Assembly: GCA_963804165.1 (NCBI GenBank)
Contig: CAWDPO010000017.1
Coordinates: 64,001 to 128,000 of the forward strand
DNA length: 64,000 nt
Origin: an uncultured delta proteobacterium
GTDB lineage: Bacteria; Desulfobacterota; Binatia; UBA9968
Direction: 5' to 3'
The position numbers and the translations under genes were made by a program. Each line of letters starts with the position of its first letter. The first letter of the stretch is position 1. Shown one piece after another: positions 30,342 through 42,398 of the stretch. Under the pieces are notes generated by a model. It saw only the letters and a list, made by a program, of their open reading frames with translations. It was not told where the DNA came from and searched no databases.

Positions 30342-32141
30342 GTGGCAGAACAACCTAAAGGAACTCCCGAAGTCTGGGCCGCGGGGATTGGCCGCAAGAG
30401 CAACGCCCAGTACGGCTCCGATCTGATGGCCGAGGTGCTGCGCGAGTTGGGGATTAAATATATCGCGCTCAATCCCGGCGCGAGTTATCGCGGTTTCCAC
30501 GATTCGCTGGTGAACTTCGAGTCGGAGAAAGGCCCGCAGATGATCATGTGCACGCACGAAGAAATCGCCGTCGCGATCGCCAACGGTTACGCGCGCGCGA
30601 CCGGCGAGATCATGGCGACGGGTCTTCACGATATCGTCGGCTTGCAGCATGCGAGCATGGCGATCTTCAATGCATGGTGCGACCGCACGCCGATCCTCAA
30701 TCTCGGCGGCGGCGGGCCCCAGGACACGACCAACCGGCGCTCGACGGATTGGGTGCACACGGCGAACGTGCAGGGTTTGGCGGTGCGCGAATATGTGAAA
30801 TTCGATGACCAACCGAATACCGTCGACGCCGTCGCGGAATCTTTCTTGAAGGCCTATCGGATCGCCATGACCGAGCCGAAGGGGCCGGTTTACATCTGCC
30901 TCGATTCGGACGTCCAGGAAGCGAAGATCGACAAGCCGATGGTCGTGCCACATGCGCAATTTTTCCGGCCGCCTCCGGGTCCGGGACCGAATCCCGAGTC
31001 GCTGCGCAACGCGTCGCGATTGCTGGCCGAAGCTCAGTGGCCGGTCATCGTTGCCGGCGAACTCGGGCGCAATCCCAAAGCGCTGCCGCCGATGTTGGAT
31101 TTGGCGGAAGCGTTGGGTGCGCCGGTTGTCGACGCCGACGGCCGGTTCGCTTTCCCCAGCACGCATCCATTAAATCTTACTAACGCGCGCGAAGATGCTT
31201 TGCGTGGCGCCGATGTCGTCCTGGCGCTCGACGTGCCAAGCTTGGGCGTCCCGCTCGGGCCTTCGGTGCGCGAGCGCGGCAACTTCGCGCCGATTATTTC
31301 GCCGAGTTGCAAGGTCATTCACATTACGCTGCTCGATCTCGAGCGCCAGAGCTGGGTAAGCGATAGCATGTGGCTGTTACCCGTGCATGTGCCGATGGCG
31401 GCGGATACGTCGGTGGTCTTGCCGCAGTTGCTCGAACAAGTGCGCGAGCGTTTGAGCGCCAACAAGGATTCCGCGCGGCAGGTGCAGGAGCGCCGCAAAA
31501 AAGTCGAAGCCATTTATTACGAGGCCAAGAAAAAGAGTCAGGAGTGGATCGAAAAAACCTGGAACGAAAAACCGATCTCCCAGGCGCGCTTTTTCAGCGA
31601 GATCAACAAGCGGGTTCAGGGAAAACCATGGGCGCTGGTATCGTCGCACGGCCGGCGCTGGCGCGAAGCGATCGATGTGACCGAGCCGGCACACGGCATG
31701 GGCGGTGGCCGTGGCGGGGGAGTCGGTTACGGCTTGCCTTCGTCCATCGGCTCGGCGCTGGGCTTCAAGGATAGCGGGCGTCTGAGCGTAAGCATCCTCG
31801 GCGACGGCGATTTCTTGATGACTTCGAATGCGCTCTGGACGGCGGCAAAATATCAAATCCCGCTGCTCGTGGTCGTCCTTAACAACCGCTCCTATTACAA
31901 CGACGAAGAGCACCAAGAGCGCATGGCGCGCGCGCGCCAGCGGCCGGTGGAAAACAAAGGCATCGGCATCCGCATCGAGGAGCCTGCGCCGGATCTGGCG
32001 GCGATCGCTCGGGCGTTACACGTTGACGGGTTCGGGCCGATTACCGAACCGGATCAACTGGGGCCGACGCTGGACAAAGCGATCGCGATCGTCGAAAGCG
32101 GCAAGCCGGCGGTGGTCGATGTGATCACGCAGCCGCGTTAG
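30342..32141 (+). CDS. Thiamine-pyrophosphate-binding enzyme (ALS/benzoylformate decarboxylase-like)
   Basis: NPGAS, HEE, GDGD…NNRSY TPP motif. Confidence 0.9.
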   Translation: MAEQPKGTPEVWAAGIGRKSNAQYGSDLMAEVLRELGIKYIALNPGASYRGFHDSLVNFESEKGPQMIMCTHEEIAVAIANGYARATGEIMATGLHDIVGLQHASMAIFNAWCDRTPILNLGGGGPQDTTNRRSTDWVHTANVQGLAVREYVKFDDQPNTVDAVAESFLKAYRIAMTEPKGPVYICLDSDVQEAKIDKPMVVPHAQFFRPPPGPGPNPESLRNASRLLAEAQWPVIVAGELGRNPKALPPMLDLAEALGAPVVDADGRFAFPSTHPLNLTNAREDALRGADVVLALDVPSLGVPLGPSVRERGNFAPIISPSCKVIHITLLDLERQSWVSDSMWLLPVHVPMAADTSVVLPQLLEQVRERLSANKDSARQVQERRKKVEAIYYEAKKKSQEWIEKTWNEKPISQARFFSEINKRVQGKPWALVSSHGRRWREAIDVTEPAHGMGGGRGGGVGYGLPSSIGSALGFKDSGRLSVSILGDGDFLMTSNALWTAAKYQIPLLVVVLNNRSYYNDEEHQERMARARQRPVENKGIGIRIEEPAPDLAAIARALHVDGFGPITEPDQLGPTLDKAIAIVESGKPAVVDVITQPR

Positions 32142-32196
32142 TGTCCGGAGCATTCATTCAAAAAATGAATTGTACGGCGACCGTTCAAATCACACC

Positions 32197-32284
32197 TAAA
32201 TCCCTTGATCCCCCTTTTTCAAAGGGGGAATTTTCTTCGTGGCTACTCTAACCCCTCTTTTACAAAGAGGGGTAGGGGAGATTT
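32197..32284. repeat. REP-like palindrome pair
   Basis: AAATCCC…CCCCCTTTTTCAAAGGGGG…CCCCTCTTTTACAAAGAGGGGTAGGGGAGATTT. Confidence 0.7.
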
Positions 32285-32340
32285 GAGGACCGGCATGGTT
32301 CAAAGAATTTCAGATACAGCGCGTTAAGGAGAGAATCGAT

Positions 32341-32532
32341 ATGGATAAACTGATCGAGGAAAATTTGCTCGCGGTGCTCAAGCGAGAAGGGCTCGAACCG
32401 ACCGAAGGGGACTTGGAACAGTTTGCCAAGATCATCGAGCTCTATATGGAAAACTTAAAGCAGCTGCATTCGGTCAATTTAGGCGCGGAAGAGTTGGCGC
32501 CGGTGTTCCGGCCCGAGTGGACGGGGAAATAA
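32341..32532 (+). CDS. Small GatC/AtzG-like protein
   Basis: AAGGAG RBS; 63 aa, two helices then LAPVFRP tail. Confidence 0.6.
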   Translation: MDKLIEENLLAVLKREGLEPTEGDLEQFAKIIELYMENLKQLHSVNLGAEELAPVFRPEWTGK

Positions 32533-32724
32533 GAGTTTTAAACGAATTCTCTCAAGGTGCTCAAGCTCCCGCATGCATCCAGCTTTGTTGTCGCTCTAAA
32601 TACAAAAACGCCTGGATTCCGGCATGCGCTGGAATGACGGAAACGGGAGCCGACTTCGAGTCGGCAGATTCAGAACAGAGCCGAGGGTTGGTCAGTTTTT
32701 CATCGTCTGTAGAAAGGGACCATT

Positions 32725-34513
32725 ATGGCCAAAGCGCAAAAAATGGAAAAACCGCGCGCCGAATGGGGCTCGGACGTCGTCGTCGATCTCTTGAAGGCGT
32801 TCGAGATTGAATATATCGCGATCAATCCCGGCGCGACGTTCCGCGGCCTGCACGATTCATTGGTCAATTATGGCGGCAACCATGCGCCGGAAATCATTCT
32901 CTGCAACCACGAAGAGATCGCCGTGGCGCTGGCGCACGGCTACGCGCGCGCCAAGGGCAAGCCGATGGCCGCGGCGGTGCACAACGTCGTCGGCCTGCAG
33001 CACGCGTCGATGGCGATCTACAACGCCTGGGCGGACCGCCTGCCGGTGATCGTGCTCGGCGGCACGGGACCGATGGATTCCGCCAATCGCCGCCCATGGA
33101 TCGACTGGGTGCACACGGCCAACGTGCAAGGCAATCTCGTTCGCGACTTCTGCAAGTGGGACGATCAGCCCGCGAGCGTCGAGGCGGTGCCGGATTCGTT
33201 CATCCGCGCCTATCGGCTGGCGACGACCGATCCGCAGGGGCCGGTCTACATCTGCTACGACGGCGACGTGCAGGAAAAACAACTCGACAGCGAAGTGACG
33301 TTTCCATCGACTCGACGCGTTATCCCGCGCCGCTGCCGCTGCAGGCGCCGGAAGAAGGTTTCGAAAAACCATTCGCTGGCTGTTCGAAGCCAAGCGGCCG
33401 GTGATTTTGGCTGATTGGGTGGGCCGGCGAGAGGCCGGCTTCAAGGCGCTCGGCGAATTGGCCGAACTGCTCGCCGCGCCCGTGCTCGATCAGTTGGGCC
33501 GGTTTAATTTTCCTGTGCAACATCCGCTCAATCTGACCGGTCAGAGCCGACAAAGTGATTCCGCAGGCCGATCTGATTCTGGCGCTGGATGTTCCCGACC
33601 TCGAAGGCGCCACCGTGCGGCGTGCGCAGGAACGCGGCAATCGGCGCGCCGACGCCGCTATGTCGGCCTAGTGACAAAAGTGATCAACGTAAGTCTCGAC
33701 GATCTGCTGGTGCGCGCCTGGGCGACCGGATTTCAACAAGCTGCGCGAAGCCGATCTGATGATTCTCGGCCGACACATCGGTTTTCCTGCCGGAGTTGGT
33801 GCGGCGGCTGAAGGCGGAGAAGAAACTTGCCGACTTGAAAGGACGACATCGACAGGCGGCGCGCCGATTGGGGCAAGATTTACGAAGAGAAGAAGAGCCG
33901 CGCTGGAAAAAGAAACGAAAGCGAAGTGGGATGAAAAGCCGGTGTCGATGACGCGCATCTATGCGGAGATCGGCGACGCGCTCAAAGGCGAGGACTGGGT
34001 GCTGACCAACGGCAGCTCGCAGGGAAAAGAGAATCTGTGCCTGCCGGCGACGCAAGTTCAATCAGATTCTCGGCAAGTACAAGGGCGGCGGTTTGGGATA
34101 CGGCTTGCCCGCGTCGTTGGGCGCGGCGCTGGCGCACAAAGGCTCCGGCAAGTTCTGCGTCGACATTCAACCCGACGGCGATTTACTGTTTACCGTGAGC
34201 GGTATCTGGACCGCGGTGCACCATCAGATTCCATTGCTGATCATCGTCTGCAGCAACCGCTCGTACTTCAACGACGAAGAGCATCAGGAGCGCGTTGCGA
34301 TCCAGCGCAACCGTCCGGTGGAAAACAAAACCATCGGCATCCGCATCGAAGATCCCAACGTCGACTTCGGCGCCATGGCGCGCACCTACGGCTGCTGGGG
34401 CGCCGGGCCGATCACGCGAGCCGAAGGATTTGATCAAGACGTTGCGTGAAGCAGTGAAAGTGGTGAAAGACGGGAAGCCGGCGCTGGTCGACGTGGTGTG
34501 TCAGATGCGGTGA
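32725..34513 (+). pseudogene. Second TPP-binding enzyme, paralog of 30342..32141, multiple frameshifts
   Basis: GSDVVVDLLK…NPGAT…HEE; PDGD…SNRSYFNDEEHQ; ends PALVDVVCQMR. Confidence 0.85.
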
Positions 34514-34577
34514 TCAGTCTCCGTTAAATCTCACAGAGCGAAGGCGTCAATGGGGCAACCCTTGACGCCTTTGTTTT

Positions 34578-34892
34578 TTACCGGCGTGTTGCCTGCATCG
34601 CTTGGTCTTCTCTTCGCAAGCGGCCGTCGATTACAAACGGGCCGAACGGAAGTAGCGCGGCGATGAGAACAGTTCCTGATCGCCATGAACTCCATTTCGC
34701 TTCCTGGTGCGCCTGAGTCAAGGCGATGCAGAACGCGATGAACAGCATGCCGTGCAGCCAACCCGCGAAAGTCACGGCTTGCGGCATGCCGGCAAAATAT
34801 TTCAGTGGCATGGCGATACCCAACAACACGATAAACGAGATGCCTTCGACGAGGGCGATGGCGCGAAGGCGGCCGATAGAAGTTTTAAGCAT
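34578..34892 (-). CDS. DUF3817 membrane protein
   Basis: EGISF…AMPLKY…HG…PFGPF. Confidence 0.85.
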   Translation of the reverse strand: MLKTSIGRLRAIALVEGISFIVLLGIAMPLKYFAGMPQAVTFAGWLHGMLFIAFCIALTQAHQEAKWSSWRSGTVLIAALLPFGPFVIDGRLRREDQAMQATRR

Positions 34893-34971
34893 AAGTATTT
34901 TTATCAACTCAACGTTAACTTGACGAGACCCGGCGGCGAAGAGCTGGACTGGTAGTGGTTCATTTAGGGAA

Positions 34972-35218
34972 AGATCTCTCACTTTGTTCGAGATGACAGC
35001 TCCCGTATTTTGATGTCATTCCGAGTCCTTCGGTGAGACTCAGGATAAACTCCGCGAGGAATCTTTCCCCAGGGTACGAATGAAAAACCCCGCCGCAAAC
35101 AGCGGGGTATCGGATGCTGACAGAGCATCCTCTGAAGAGCGTCACCCCAGAATGCTTTTGTCGAGGCTCCAGGTCCGGATTCGCCTGGATTCCGCTTAAA
35201 GCGTGCGGGAATGACGGA
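34972..35218. repeat. Cluster of REP-like palindromes
   Basis: AGATCTCTC…CGAGATGACA/TGTCATTCCGAG…GAGGAATCT, ACCCCGCC…GCGGGGT and CTGGATTCCG…GGGAATGACGG. Confidence 0.65.
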
Positions 35219-35432
35219 CTTCGGATTGGCCATTGCACAGACGCAGGAAGCTGCTGGGAATGAATCCGTAAGCGATTCAAGAAACCTAAAACTGAACCAC
35301 TACCGCTGGACTTCATTGCGAGCCGAAAATGTTGTACCCATGTATCGTCGTTTGAAGCGGTCGGCTCGCCGATCGTATTGCGCCTCCACCGCATCTCAGC
35401 TGTTCCACTTTCTTTGCCCTCACCGGTATAGA

Positions 35433-36110
35433 TCAAAGACCTTCGAACGGCGTGTCTTTATACGGCCCGACAAAGTAAGTGTAGAACGCATCGTTGACGT
35501 CATCCCAATACGGGATCGTTTTCATCCTTGCGAGCCAGCGCATCATGTTTGGATAGCCCGAATAATCGAGACGGATCACCTCGCCGAGCGTGATCATGCA
35601 TGCGCCTAAGAAATCCGCGATGGTAAGCCGCCCGCCGCAAACGTAGGAATTTTGTGGCCCGATGAGATGCTCGTCAAGAATCTTCAGCCATTTCTTCACG
35701 TTTTCTCGCGCACGTGCCAGCGTCGCCGATTGGACTTCATCGTCCGCGTAGCCATAATTCTGAATCATCTGCGGATAGACCAATCCATAGCCCAGGTCGC
35801 GATACAAGCCGGTATTGAACCAATCCATGCGTTCATTCACCCGCGCGCGTTCGCGCAAATCGCCAGGATACGCCGGTGATTTTTGTTTGTCGGCGAGATA
35901 CTTGAGTATCGCCGAGCTCTCGGCCAGATGAAAATCGCCATCCCCTAGAAAGGGAACCGCCTGGTTCGGGTTGATTGCCGTGAAAGCCGGCTGATAGTTT
36001 TCGCCGGCGAAAAGATCGACGACATGATAATCGAGCTCGAGTTTTTCCGCGGCCGCGAGCAGCATAATCGGCCTGCAGGTTGTCGACGCGGGGTGATAAT
36101 AGAGTTTCAT
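35433..36110 (-). CDS. Glutathione S-transferase (theta-like)
   Basis: STTCR, INPNQAVP, LAESSAIL, TIAD. Confidence 0.9.
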   Translation of the reverse strand: MKLYYHPASTTCRPIMLLAAAEKLELDYHVVDLFAGENYQPAFTAINPNQAVPFLGDGDFHLAESSAILKYLADKQKSPAYPGDLRERARVNERMDWFNTGLYRDLGYGLVYPQMIQNYGYADDEVQSATLARARENVKKWLKILDEHLIGPQNSYVCGGRLTIADFLGACMITLGEVIRLDYSGYPNMMRWLARMKTIPYWDDVNDAFYTYFVGPYKDTPFEGL

Positions 36111-36215
36111 ATAAACTCCGTGAGGCGATTTCTAACTAAGAAGTAGTTAATGACCTTACACTCACCCACAGAAAATGAAAAAGGAAGGCTGCCTCCACGT
36201 GGTGCTCCTCTCGAC

Positions 36216-36293
36216 GTGTCATTCCCCCGCACGCGGGAATCCAGGTTTGTTGCGCTGAATTTGCCTGGATACCCGCATTCGCGGGTATGACGG
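36216..36293. repeat. REP-like palindrome pair
   Basis: GTCATTCCCCCGCACGCGGGAATCCAG…CTGGATACCCGCATTCGCGGGTATGACGG; relatives at 32611-32640 and 47200-47281. Confidence 0.75.
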
Positions 36294-36425
36294 AACGGGC
36301 GGTATTCTCGTTACCATCCCTGCACCAGATTGGAAAGGCCGCTAACTCTTAGGTTCGTCCTTCCGGCTGTTCCATGTTCATAGCGATATGGTTTCACTCC
36401 TCTCTACGCGGTCGATGGGCGCTTT

Positions 36426-37434
36426 TTACCATTTCATCCGCTCGACAAAGCCACTCTTCTTGATTTCATCCAAGATACTTGGATCGACCAACTTCAAGCT
36501 CTCCGGCGTCGGCCCATGCCTTTGGGATTGGTTTTGGCGACTTCGGCGATGACGAATTCGAGGCCGCGGCGCTCGGGTAAGCTGAGCAATCCTTCGCCAT
36601 GTTTGGCGATGTAGAAATCGTAGCCGATGGATGCGCTTTCATCGTCGAAGCGCAGATATTTTTTGATCAAGCGGATGCCGAGTGGTATGTCGCGCTTCAG
36701 CAGATACAGTCCTTCAATCACGGCTTTGATAAAATTAGTGGCTTGTTCGCGATTGGATTCCAGAAAACTGCTCTTCGCCATGAAACAGTTATGGCAATAG
36801 CGAGGAAAGCCCCATTTACTATCCGACAGATCGACCATCAGTTTCATGCCGTTTTTGGTCGCGGCGGTGGCTTGCGGATCGCTCAAGATCGTCGCTCGTA
36901 CCTGTCCGGCGATCAATGCCGTCTGACGCGTCGAGACGCCGCCGACTGGATGATCTGTGTCAGCTCCGGTTTCACTCCAAGTTTCTCCAGGCAGATTGCG
37001 CTAAATTTATTCGGATGACGAGCCAAAACGGCTGATCGCCAAGTGCTTGCCTTTGAGATCTTCGGGCGTGTTGATTTCGGGGCGGGCGATCAGCTTGTCA
37101 GGAATGAAATTCAGGCCGCCGGCGACCATGGCGATATCCGCGCCGACGCAAGATTGGCATTGACTGCGAGGGAGCCGTCGAAAAAAAAAACTGCGACTGA
37201 TTGGCCACCAGAGTCTGCATGCCGACGGTGCCGCTCTCGATGGCGATATATTCCAGATCGACTCCGTATTTCTTCAAAAGCTTTTGCTCGTACGGCGCCC
37301 AGAGTAAAGAATGAATGATCGAAAGCCCGCCGCTCGCGGCGCGGACGCGTTGAGCGTTTGCCGGGACATGACTGACGAGCAAAGAAGCTATGGCGACAAT
37401 CAGTCAAGGGTTCTGAGAATCAAGATATTCCCAT
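36426..37434 (-). pseudogene. NitT/TauT ABC SBP, multiple frameshifts
   Basis: KKYGVDLEYIAIESG…NFIKAVIEG…LDEIKKSGFV in successive frames. Confidence 0.75.
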
Positions 37435-37515
37435 TTATTAAGTAGATTATAAAATATTTCCTCGACGGATACTTAAGCTATGAACGGCGGTCAAGCCGAG
37501 TGCGAAAGTTCGCGT

Positions 37516-38242
37516 TCAAGCGCCGAGTTTTTCGGCTAGATCCAAAAAATCTTTTGCAACGAAGTCATAACGATCCGTCGGCGGGATTTCGGTTGCCTTT
37601 CCCGGCCCGTGCTCCAAAGGGCGGTGGATGAATGCGGTTCGCAACCCATGCTTTTGCGCGGATTGAAGATCATGCTCGTGAGCGGCGACCATCATCACTT
37701 GCTCGGGTTTGAGATCGAAGAGTTGCGGCGACGAGAAGGTAAACTTCCGGATCGGGTTTGTAGCGGCGGACGTTTTCCGCGGACAAGATGCAGTCCCACG
37801 GCAAGCCGGCGTGTTTCGCCATGTTGGTCAGCAGCGAAATGTTGCCGTTGGATAACGTCGTGATGACGAAGCGCGACTTCAAACGTTGCAAGTCCGGGTA
37901 CCGAGTCCGGCCAAGGTTTGAGCCGATGCCAGACGCGATTGAAATGTTCCTTTTCGTCGTCGCTGAGATGAATCGATAGCGAATTTCTGCAGCGTCTCGG
38001 CGAGCATCATGCGATGCAAGATCGTCGAGCTTGGTCCACGGCAGTTCGCCGCTCTGACCTTGTCCATGTACGGCCGGTAGATGGATCGCCATGCGTCGGC
38101 GAATGCCGTCCAGTCGATGTTGAGGCCCTTTGTTTTGCCGAGTTGCTCGCCTTCGGCAATCACGCTCGATCGCCAGTCGACGACTGTGCCGAAGACGTCG
38201 AAGGCGAGGAGTTTGACATGCAGATGTGTTGAGATGAGTCAT
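37516..38242 (-). pseudogene. Haloacid dehalogenase type II, multiple frameshifts
   Basis: AFDVFGTVVDWR, LSNGN, YKPDP and VAAHEHDL across frames. Confidence 0.85.
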
Positions 38243-38261
38243 TAGACCTTGCTGTGAGCCC

Positions 38262-39426
38262 CTAGCCGCACACCGGAAACTTGAACGGATAGTTATGCAG
38301 CGCCTCGCCGCCGCTGGGTTTCACCACAACCGCGGCGCCGAGTTGAAGGCCGGCTTTGAAGTCTTTCGTTATCGGGTTGGGTTGGATGACGTGGACCATG
38401 TTTTCTTCCAGCGTCCATTTCTCCAGAGGGTGCGCGGCCGACTTGCGTGCCGAGCTCGGGCGATTTGCCGGCTTCGCCGTGGAAGACGCTGTCGTAGGAG
38501 GTGAAGCCGCTTTCTTCGATGACCGAAGTCGCGGCGACGATCTGTTCGCTGGTGGTGCCGGGTTTGCAGATACTGCGCACGTTTTCGTAGCATTCGTAGG
38601 CGGCATCGAAAAGCTTGCGGTACGTGGGCGAGGGTTCTTTGCCGATGGCGAATGGGCGATGGATTTGTGTCGAGTAGCCCCAGTAGCTGACGGTCAGCTC
38701 CGTGATGACGACGCTGCCTTTTTCGAGCACGCGTGAGGTTTGCCGCTGCCAGGGCACGAAGCGGTCGGGATTGTCCATGTTCGTTGTCGCGATGAAGTGA
38801 ATGCCGGGATCGCCGCCATTTTTTATATAGGCGCTGTAGACGATCGATAAAACGTCTTGTTCGGTCAGGCCGGGCCGCAAATTATTTTCCAAAGCTTCGC
38901 AGGCGAGGTCGGTGAGGTAGCCGCTCTTGCGCAGATAGACGAGCTCTTCTTCGCTCCGCACTCGTCGGATGCGGCCGAACTGCGGTCCGAACTCGACGAA
39001 CTCGGCTTCGGGAAACTGGCGCTGCAACTCCGTCACGTGGCCATAGGCCATGGCGCGCATCGTGACCAGGCCGATTTTGCTCTTGCCGAGCCCGCGCTTC
39101 CGAATTTCTTCAGCGATCGTCGGCATCGGCGTCGGCCCGTACCAGCGAACATCTTCGATGATCGATTGCGCTTTGGCGCAGGGCTGGTGATTGAAGAAAG
39201 TGGATGAAGACGGTCGGCGTCCGCCTTCGCCGCGGAAACAGCAGCCAGCACGGAGACTGCGCCTGGTAGTTCGATAGATAATCCACTTCCGACGAGCCGC
39301 GCGCGCCGGAGATCAGAATCGCATCGAGATTGTCTTTCTTCATCGCCTCGCGGATCGCGCTGTATCGGCGCACGTATTCGCTATCGGAAAAACGAGGAAA
39401 CATTTCTTCAGCGCTCATCTTGTTCA
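38262..39426 (-). pseudogene. M24 (Xaa-Pro peptidase/creatinase) fold protein, frameshifts
   Basis: FSDSEYVRRY, RRVRSEEEL, RPF, FHG. Confidence 0.8.
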
Positions 39427-39460
39427 CGGGTTTAAAATTTACATTTCGCTTTGGAATTGC

Positions 39461-41375
39461 TTATTCGCCGTTGGGTTGACTCGACTCGCATTGCGGCGGT
39501 TCGAGCGCGGTGAAGAGGGCGCGATTGGCCGGCATCACGGTGAAGCCGTCGCTGTAGAGCCGCGGGCCGCCCCATTGGAGCTGGTCGCCTTCCTTAGTTA
39601 ATTTTTCGATCCCCTGGTAGATCGGCATGACCCGGCTCATCTCTTCGCGGATCGCTTGGGTATCGTGGAACGGAAAAAGCTTATCGCCATTGGGCATCGA
39701 TTTGCGGCCGATGAGAGTCGGGATTTCCCACTCGGGTAGGGTCTCGCCGATCTGGATGGCCCGGAATCTCCGGTGTGAAGCGAATCCTTCGTTCGGTGCT
39801 CGTCGAGGTGCCGCCAGTGCGTTGTTCGTAACGGGTTTGTCCCGGAAGGATGACGACGGCGTCTTCTGGCGTCGAGCAGCATCGAAGTGTTGAGCACGAT
39901 GTCCTGATGCACACGCACGGAAACTTGGCCAAGCGCTTCGGCCACGAACTTCGGATCGGGCATGGTTTCGAGCAAATTGCCGCCGATGGAATAGAGAAAT
40001 TTGATCTCGCCATGGTTCGCGGCTTCAATCATGTGCGGGACTTTGAGGCCGGGATTGGACGGTACCGGGTGATGCCAGAGATTGGAGAATCGTCGTGCGG
40101 TATCGTCGTTGACGGCAAACCCGCCGGGAAATTTATCGGGCTCCGCGCCGCATTCGCCGCCGCCTTGGACGCCGCTGTGGCCGCGGATCGGCATGATGCC
40201 GCACTTTTCCCGGCCCAACATGCCGCGCGCCAAAGCGAGATTGACGACCGCTTTGACGTTGTCGACCGCCGAACTCATGCTGCGTCAGCCCCATGCTGTA
40301 AACGATTACCGCCGTGCGCGCTTGGCCGTACAGGGCTGCGAATCTTTGCATGTCGGCGCGGGTCAGACCGGAGCGCTGCTCAAGCATTTCCCAGGTTTGT
40401 CGATCCAGCGCGGCTTTGAGATCGGTGAATCCCGCGGTGTGTTTGTCGATAAACTTGCGGTCCAATCGATTCGTTAGCGATCAATGTTTTCAGTACGCCG
40501 TTGATGAACGCGATGTCGCCGCCGACCCGGACTTGGAAAAAATCGTCCATCAGTTTCGTGCCGAACACGGCGCTACTCGCGACCGACGGAACCCAGGAGC
40601 GCTCCAGACTGTGCTCGCGCACCGGATTGACGACGACGATGCGGGTGCCGGCCTTCTTGGCATAGTGCATGTATTTGGTCGTGACCGGCTGATTGTTGGC
40701 GAGGTCGGAGCCGAAGATAACGAGCAAGTCCGTGCCGATAAAATCCGCGAGCGAGCAGGTCGGCGCGCCGAGCCGAGGGTCGATTTCAAGCCGGAGACAC
40801 TGGCCGGCGTGACACACACGCGAGCAGAGATCGACGTTGTTGGTGCCGAGCACGCGCGCGAGTTTTTGAAAGACGTAATAGACTTCGTTGGTGAGCCCGC
40901 GCGAAGTGGCGAAGAAAGCTCATCTCGTGGGGCGCGGTGTTGTGAATCGATTTGCAGACGACGTCGAGCGCCTCGTCCCACGATACCCGCAAAAATCCGC
41001 GCTCGCCTTTTCGCCGCATCATCGGATGGGCAAGCGACCGAGCGAGCGCAGCTGTTCCGGCTCCATACTGCGAAGCCGATTGACATCTGTCATGACCGAC
41101 ATGTCGAGCGCGGCCATGGTATTGAGCTTGAGCAACTTGAGCCGCGTCATGCACAGATGCACGCCGTCGAGCACGTTATCTCGAAGGCCGTAAGGTCCGA
41201 GCGAGCAGCCGTCGCAGACGCCGTGATTGAGGACGTTCCACGCGTAGGGGAGTTCTTTGCGGTTTTCCCAGAGGACGCCGAGCATCTCGCGGTAATGCTG
41301 CGGTTTGGTCTGGCCGACCAGACCGAAAGGCACGATGCGCGAAAGCAAGGTGTCGTTGGATTTTACAGTGGGCAT
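39461..41375 (-). pseudogene. FdhF/YdeP family molybdopterin oxidoreductase, multiple frameshifts
   Basis: CDGCSLG, NNVDLCSRVCH, SMGLTQH, PIRGHSGVQG, TSTERR. Confidence 0.85.
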
Positions 41376-41394
41376 CGGTCGCTAGCTGCCAGTC

Positions 41395-41854
41395 TCAAGT
41401 TTTCTTAGCTGTGCGCAGTTCATCGAGCACGTCGGCAAACGCCTCGGGTTGACTCTTCGAGATCGCCGTCTTGTACAAAGCATAACGCTGATGGGCTTGC
41501 CAGCCAGGCCACTCGTTGGCGGTAACGATACCACCGCGACTCGCTGCTTTTTTCACGAACCGGGCCGGGAACGCGCGATCCCTCCCAAAGCGCGCTGTCC
41601 ATCGCTTCGGTGACGCTCACCGGCTCGCCGCGGTATCTTTTTGCCAGAAAATCCAGGTAGGCTCGGAACGCGCTCTTTTCCTCGTCCAAGGCGCAAGGCA
41701 GATGGCATAGAACGGTTCGTTCCACAAAACTAAAGGAGAGCCAATCGTCGAGGGAAATTTTCAGGCCGGCAACATCGAGCTTCATGCGCACATGGAGTGG
41801 CAGGCGGTTCAAGGTCGGATAATATTCGGCTTCGTAGCGGAAACGGTGAAACAT
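41395..41854 (-). pseudogene. Nitrate-reductase-associated (NarM-like) protein, one frameshift
   Basis: F.YE…LPLHVRMKLDVAGLKISL..W…QRYALYK. Confidence 0.75.
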
Positions 41855-41990
41855 ATGTCGCAAGTGGTTTGCCTTTTGGCCCCGCGTGACGCTATTTTCC
41901 CTATGCCGGATTGGCAAGTCAACCGCGCGAAAAGATACGGCGGTCGTGCGAAACGCAGCGTTAGCTGAATCAAACGACGAGGAGGATGTT

Positions 41991-42398
41991 ATGGCGGCAA
42001 GATATTCGAAGGCATTTATGCCTCTGAGCAGAGTGAAGGAAAAAGAATTTCTGTCCCGCCCGATGGGCTGCAAGGGGATCGGTTTCAGCTTCGTGCGCTG
42101 CAAACCGGGGCAAGGCGCGACGTACGTGCATCGTCATAAGGTGCAGGAAGAGGTATTTATCGCGCTCAAAGGAGACGGTACGATAATTCTCGACGGCAAA
42201 CGGATCCGAATGCCGGAGGGAACCATCGTCCGGGTTGGTCCTACGGCGTGGCGGGCCCTGGGAAACGACTCAAACAAGGACGTTGTCTTTATGGTTTTGG
42301 GAGCGGTCCCGCCGATGAATTTTCCCTTGGGCGGGCGCACTCTGTTGGGCGATGGGATTCCCAATCGAAAAAAGGTACCGCAGTGGAAGAAAGTATAA
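41991..42398 (+). CDS. Cupin domain protein
   Basis: GGAGG RBS; HRHKVQEEVF..LKG. Confidence 0.85.
   Translation: MAARYSKAFMPLSRVKEKEFLSRPMGCKGIGFSFVRCKPGQGATYVHRHKVQEEVFIALKGDGTIILDGKRIRMPEGTIVRVGPTAWRALGNDSNKDVVFMVLGAVPPMNFPLGGRTLLGDGIPNRKKVPQWKKV

Noticed and set aside
40780-40853. Selenocysteine in the FdhF-like protein
   Set aside because: The ligand segment reads NNVDLCSRVCH with Cys codons and no in-frame TGA.
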